The notes beneath the pieces were generated by a model, which worked only from the letters and a program-made list of their open reading frames with translations, was not told the origin of the DNA and did no database searches. Made by a program: the position numbers and the translations under genes. This document shows, in pieces, positions 60,443 to 64,000 of a stretch of 64,000 nt of DNA. Positions within the stretch are counted from its first letter, which is position 1; the number at the start of each line of letters is the position of its first letter. This stretch comes from an uncultured Planctomycetaceae bacterium (GTDB lineage Bacteria; Planctomycetota; Planctomycetia; Planctomycetales; Planctomycetaceae): positions 406,958 to 470,957 of the forward strand of contig CALOFE010000007.1 of NCBI GenBank assembly GCA_942492455.1, given 5' to 3'.

Positions 60443-62212
60443 TCAATTCTGCTCGCCTGAGTCGCGCACGCGAGCCATGGCATCTTCAAGAAAATAATTG
60501 ATGTCCTCAGCTTTTTCAGCGTGCAGGACATCATAAGCATGGGCGGCGCTGCGGGCGTGGTACAGTTGCTCGCGAAAGTTGATGTTGCGCGTAATTGCCG
60601 TTGCGATGGCGGCAAGGACTTCGAGGTGACGTTTGCGGTCTGCTTTGGGGGTGGCGAGCAACAGCACCGCATGCACGGGGCCGTCCGGTGCGCCGATGTT
60701 CAGTCCTTTGGAGCTAATTCCCAAGATACCCGTAATGTTGGTCCCCTTTTCCAATTCGGCATGCGGAATCATCAAGCCTTTAGAAAGAAAGGTCGATTCC
60801 AATTGTTCGCGCTCAAGTACCTTTTGAACGAATTCGTCCTGCGGGATGGCCGGCACGATTTTTGTGGAATAAAGTTGGCTGGCGAGAGAACGGATAATCT
60901 CGTCTTTCGTCGTGCCGGTAATGTTCACCGAGATGTGGTGTTCATCCAGGAAATCCAACAGACGCGGGAAATCTTTGTCCTTCTCCCCTGCTCTCTCGAG
61001 TGCGAAACGAGCTCCGCTGGGCCCTAGCAACTGGTTGATGGCCAGTGCTGCCAGTCCGACCGTTGTGACTGTTTCAGCGACATCACTCAAGTGGGGGACC
61101 GACTGCACGATAATGATCAGACCGACGGCGACTCCTCCGTGTGGTACCAATGCCAGTCCCAGGTAATTCCTCACGCGTTTGGGAACATCTGCAATCGACA
61201 TAGCGGCAAAAGCGCCGGCATACTTACCCATAAATCTTGCCAGGAAGAACAACACTACCAGCCCCGCTGCCTGCATGACCAGCGCGAAGTCGAGCTTCAT
61301 ACCGGCCAACGTATAAAAGGCCGCAAATAGCACACCGCCAATGGAATGCAAGTAGGCTTCCGTGGAACGTACGGTATCGTGACGAACGTTGGAGACGACA
61401 ATTCCGGCGAATGTGCAAGCCAGGATACTCGATGCTCCGAAACCGGTTGCAGCACCCCAGGCACCCAAAATTACGGCAACCATTGTCGGCCCCAGAAAGG
61501 CCGGGCCAACGATGGTACGCGTGAGTCCGAGTGCAATCAGGGAGCAGCTGGTCCCCACAAGAAAAGCGACTCCAAATTCACGCGCCACCGAAATCAGTGC
61601 GGTCGGCCAACTACTATGCCATGAGACAACGTCTCCCGCGTCTTGAGCAAGATAGGAAACGACGAATGTGAAAACCCCGACCGCGACCATGTCAATCAAT
61701 GCAACTGCGGCGATCAACGTGCGCGTGAGAATTCCTTTGGCGCGAGCCTCTTGCACGACAAGCACGGTCGTCCCGGGAGCACCGGCGATTGCGATGGCCG
61801 CCAGTATTAAACTGACGCGGATCGTCATGTTATCCGGATCGATCCAGCCCCCCAAAAAGTACATCGCCAGCACGACGATTGTGGGTGTAAACAGAGCTTC
61901 GCCTAATAGCAAAAAACCAAGCCGTTTGCCGGCATTGCGTAAACTGGCAAAGTGCAGCGCCGCCCCGACCGTAAAGGCGATGTAGCCGAGCACAAAATCC
62001 ATAAACTGGTCAAAACCGGCTACTGCTCCGCTCGTTAAACCGGTGAAGCCGTCATGCTGTGATTCAAAAGACCGCAGCAGAATTCCGGTGAAAATCCAGC
62101 CCGTGACTTTGGGCAGGCCGATGCGGCCAACGAGTTCACCGCCCACAATGCCAGCCACCAAGACTACGGCGAGTTGGAACAGCGAATCTTCAGGTGTGAA
62201 ATGAATGTTCAT
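60443..62212 (-). CDS. cation:proton antiporter fused to a C-terminal PTS EIIA (Ntr/Fru-type) domain
   Basis: About 12 TM helices with LPKVTG, APGTT, LIDMVAV, RFMGK and PHGGVAVGL; EIIA signature ERE..ST....LMIPH. Confidence 0.9.
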   Translation of the reverse strand: MNIHFTPEDSLFQLAVVLVAGIVGGELVGRIGLPKVTGWIFTGILLRSFESQHDGFTGLTSGAVAGFDQFMDFVLGYIAFTVGAALHFASLRNAGKRLGFLLLGEALFTPTIVVLAMYFLGGWIDPDNMTIRVSLILAAIAIAGAPGTTVLVVQEARAKGILTRTLIAAVALIDMVAVGVFTFVVSYLAQDAGDVVSWHSSWPTALISVAREFGVAFLVGTSCSLIALGLTRTIVGPAFLGPTMVAVILGAWGAATGFGASSILACTFAGIVVSNVRHDTVRSTEAYLHSIGGVLFAAFYTLAGMKLDFALVMQAAGLVVLFFLARFMGKYAGAFAAMSIADVPKRVRNYLGLALVPHGGVAVGLIIIVQSVPHLSDVAETVTTVGLAALAINQLLGPSGARFALERAGEKDKDFPRLLDFLDEHHISVNITGTTKDEIIRSLASQLYSTKIVPAIPQDEFVQKVLEREQLESTFLSKGLMIPHAELEKGTNITGILGISSKGLNIGAPDGPVHAVLLLATPKADRKRHLEVLAAIATAITRNINFREQLYHARSAAHAYDVLHAEKAEDINYFLEDAMARVRDSGEQN

Positions 62213-62298
62213 GCCTGTGCCTTAGGGGCTGATCCCCAGAATGTGATTCCAAATCGGAGACTAGGCGTCCCAGGGGGCCGCCGACATCGGGCATGCAT

Positions 62299-62432
62299 AA
62301 AAAAAACCTGCATTGCAGGCGAACGCGGCTGAATACAAATTGTGGTTGCCGTCAAACTCAAATCGTCATGACAAAATGCAAGCTTGTGATCGTAAGGCTT
62401 ATTAATAACGAGGGTTTCAGGTTGTTGTCAAA
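62299..62432 (-). promoter_or_regulatory. promoter plus leader with terminator/antiterminator (candidate attenuator or riboswitch)
   Basis: TTGACA-N18-TATTAA; GCCUGC-AAU-GCAGGU-U7 hairpin; upstream GCUUGCAUU can pair with AAUGCAGGU. Confidence 0.5.
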
Positions 62433-62665
62433 TGCATATGTTGCGAAATCTGGTGCTGTCGACGAGGATTTCACCGCATTGGTCGAGATCTAGCTGTCTC
62501 CAAATTCTTGCAGGCACGCGCATTCCCAGTCCGAAACCCACTATGATGGAGGATAATATCCGGACGTTAAACCGGGGGGAGACTGTGGTCTCAATCAAGC
62601 AAGCGATTTCGACCATCCGCGATATCAAGTTCACCCCCTCTGAGACTTCCCCTTAAAGGATTATC

Positions 62666-64000
62666 ATGTTGTCGATCGCACTCACCATCGTGTTTTACTT
62701 GGCGGCGATTCTCATCGTGCGTCGCCGCTGTGAACCGCACAGTCAGATTCTGACTCTCGGCATCTTGCCGATGGTTTGGATTTCGCTGTTGTCGTTGGCG
62801 GGGCTGTTTGAGACGTTGGTCGGTCTGCCCGCAACGATCACGCTCGCCATGATTGCCATTGTTGTCGTCGCGCTGGCGGGTCGGGAGTTTCGCAGCGGAG
62901 GGGGAGGCTTCCCACGTCCGGCAGACTGGATTTCAGTGGTTTGCTTGACCGGATTCGCAGTGGTCGCTGTTGGAATCGCAGCTTACGCACATCTTTTAGA
63001 ACCCTGGGGCGGGATCGATTCGATGTACACCTGGCAGTTGCGGGCTCGCTTTTTGTTTGATGCGAATGGTCCCTGGACGAATGGGTTTTCAAATGATCTG
63101 GCGCTTTTGCATCCCGATTATCCGCCGATGTTTTCGTGGGCATTGTCCGCGCTGTGGTCATTGGAAGGGGCTGAGAAATCGATCGCTGCGGTCTGCCTGT
63201 TTTTCCCAATATTTCCAGCTTGGGTTCTATTGATGGCGGGTTGGTGGAAAACTCAGAATCCCGGTTCAGACTTCCGTTTGACCATTCCGCTTGTCTGCTC
63301 AGTCGTGTTGCCCATCGCCGTTCGCATGAATGCCGGGTTAATGCTTGATTTGGTATTGGCCTATGCAATCGCCGCTTCCGTCGCCTGGTTCGATTGGGGA
63401 CGCCAACATGTATCGCGCACCTCATTTGCGACAGCTGCGTTTGTCGCTGGGTGGGCAGCGTTGGTTAAAAACGAAGGAATCCTTTGGTTGCTGGTTTTCA
63501 TGGCAACCACATTATGGATCGGCACGCGACGGAATTCTCAGATTCGTATGAAGATGACGTCGTCGGGATTCTTGAAAGCGTTAGCCATCGGTGGAGCGGT
63601 TCCGCTGCTTTGCTTACTGATCTTCAAGGCCACTTTGGCCCCCCCTTCAGATTTAGTCGATCCAGTCCGTGCTGCGCAGATTTCCGAAGTCATCCAACCG
63701 GAGATCGCGATCCTTCCCACATCACTCTTGATTCGAGTGGATCAACTCTTCGAAGGCTTCCGCCATCAGCTGACGGTTTCCTATTTTTTCGAGAACATCG
63801 TGCCGAACTGGCGGGACTGGGGGATTTCGTTATGGATACTTCCCGTGTTGACAGTCTGGGGGTTTGCCGGGCGAAAACGGAAAGTCTCCGGTCTGTTTGT
63901 TGCGATTTTGTTACAAGCTGTGGGCTATTATGTGATTTACTTGATGACCCCCTACTATCCGTATTGGCATCTTTCCACCTCGATGAACCGGTTGGTGTTG
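62666..64000 (+). CDS. GT-C-fold (PMT/ArnT-like) polytopic membrane glycosyltransferase candidate (3'-truncated; not in the ORF track)
   Basis: AAAGGA RBS, ATG at 62666; manual translation is open and gives WGGIDSMYTWQLRARFLF, HPDYPP and LVKNEG with many TM segments. Confidence 0.7.
   Translation, partial: MLSIALTIVFYLAAILIVRRRCEPHSQILTLGILPMVWISLLSLAGLFETLVGLPATITLAMIAIVVVALAGREFRSGGGGFPRPADWISVVCLTGFAVVAVGIAAYAHLLEPWGGIDSMYTWQLRARFLFDANGPWTNGFSNDLALLHPDYPPMFSWALSALWSLEGAEKSIAAVCLFFPIFPAWVLLMAGWWKTQNPGSDFRLTIPLVCSVVLPIAVRMNAGLMLDLVLAYAIAASVAWFDWGRQHVSRTSFATAAFVAGWAALVKNEGILWLLVFMATTLWIGTRRNSQIRMKMTSSGFLKALAIGGAVPLLCLLIFKATLAPPSDLVDPVRAAQISEVIQPEIAILPTSLLIRVDQLFEGFRHQLTVSYFFENIVPNWRDWGISLWILPVLTVWGFAGRKRKVSGLFVAILLQAVGYYVIYLMTPYYPYWHLSTSMNRLVL

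Overview
GC-rich bacterial chromosomal window, almost certainly from a planctomycete (Planctomycetaceae-like). This rests on three DUF1501 genes, two planctomycete cytochrome-c/DUF1549/DUF1553 genes, a DUF1559 protein and a DUF1080 protein. About 50 CDSs mix housekeeping genes (gpsA, scpA, bfr/bfd, uvrB, argE, rsmB, fbp, cysE, queF, floA) with secreted or periplasmic proteins of unknown function. I saw no rRNA, tRNA, CRISPR array, transposase or prophage. The most unusual signals are non-coding. (1) A ~340-nt nested, rod-like palindromic region with a head of six short hairpins follows gpsA. (2) A 257-bp element with perfect 14-bp terminal inverted repeats sits in the apex of a REP-type hairpin whose empty version occurs elsewhere in the window. 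(3) A ~90-bp MITE-like repeat occurs in three copies, alongside several REP families. (4) A promoter-antiterminator-terminator leader precedes a cation:proton antiporter-PTS EIIA fusion. (5) An orphan promoter/terminator pair suggests a ~170-nt sRNA. (6) A small basic protein appears to start at a non-canonical AUC codon. Two large genes are split by apparent single-base frameshifts. All calls come from reading the sequence and motifs by eye; no database search was run.
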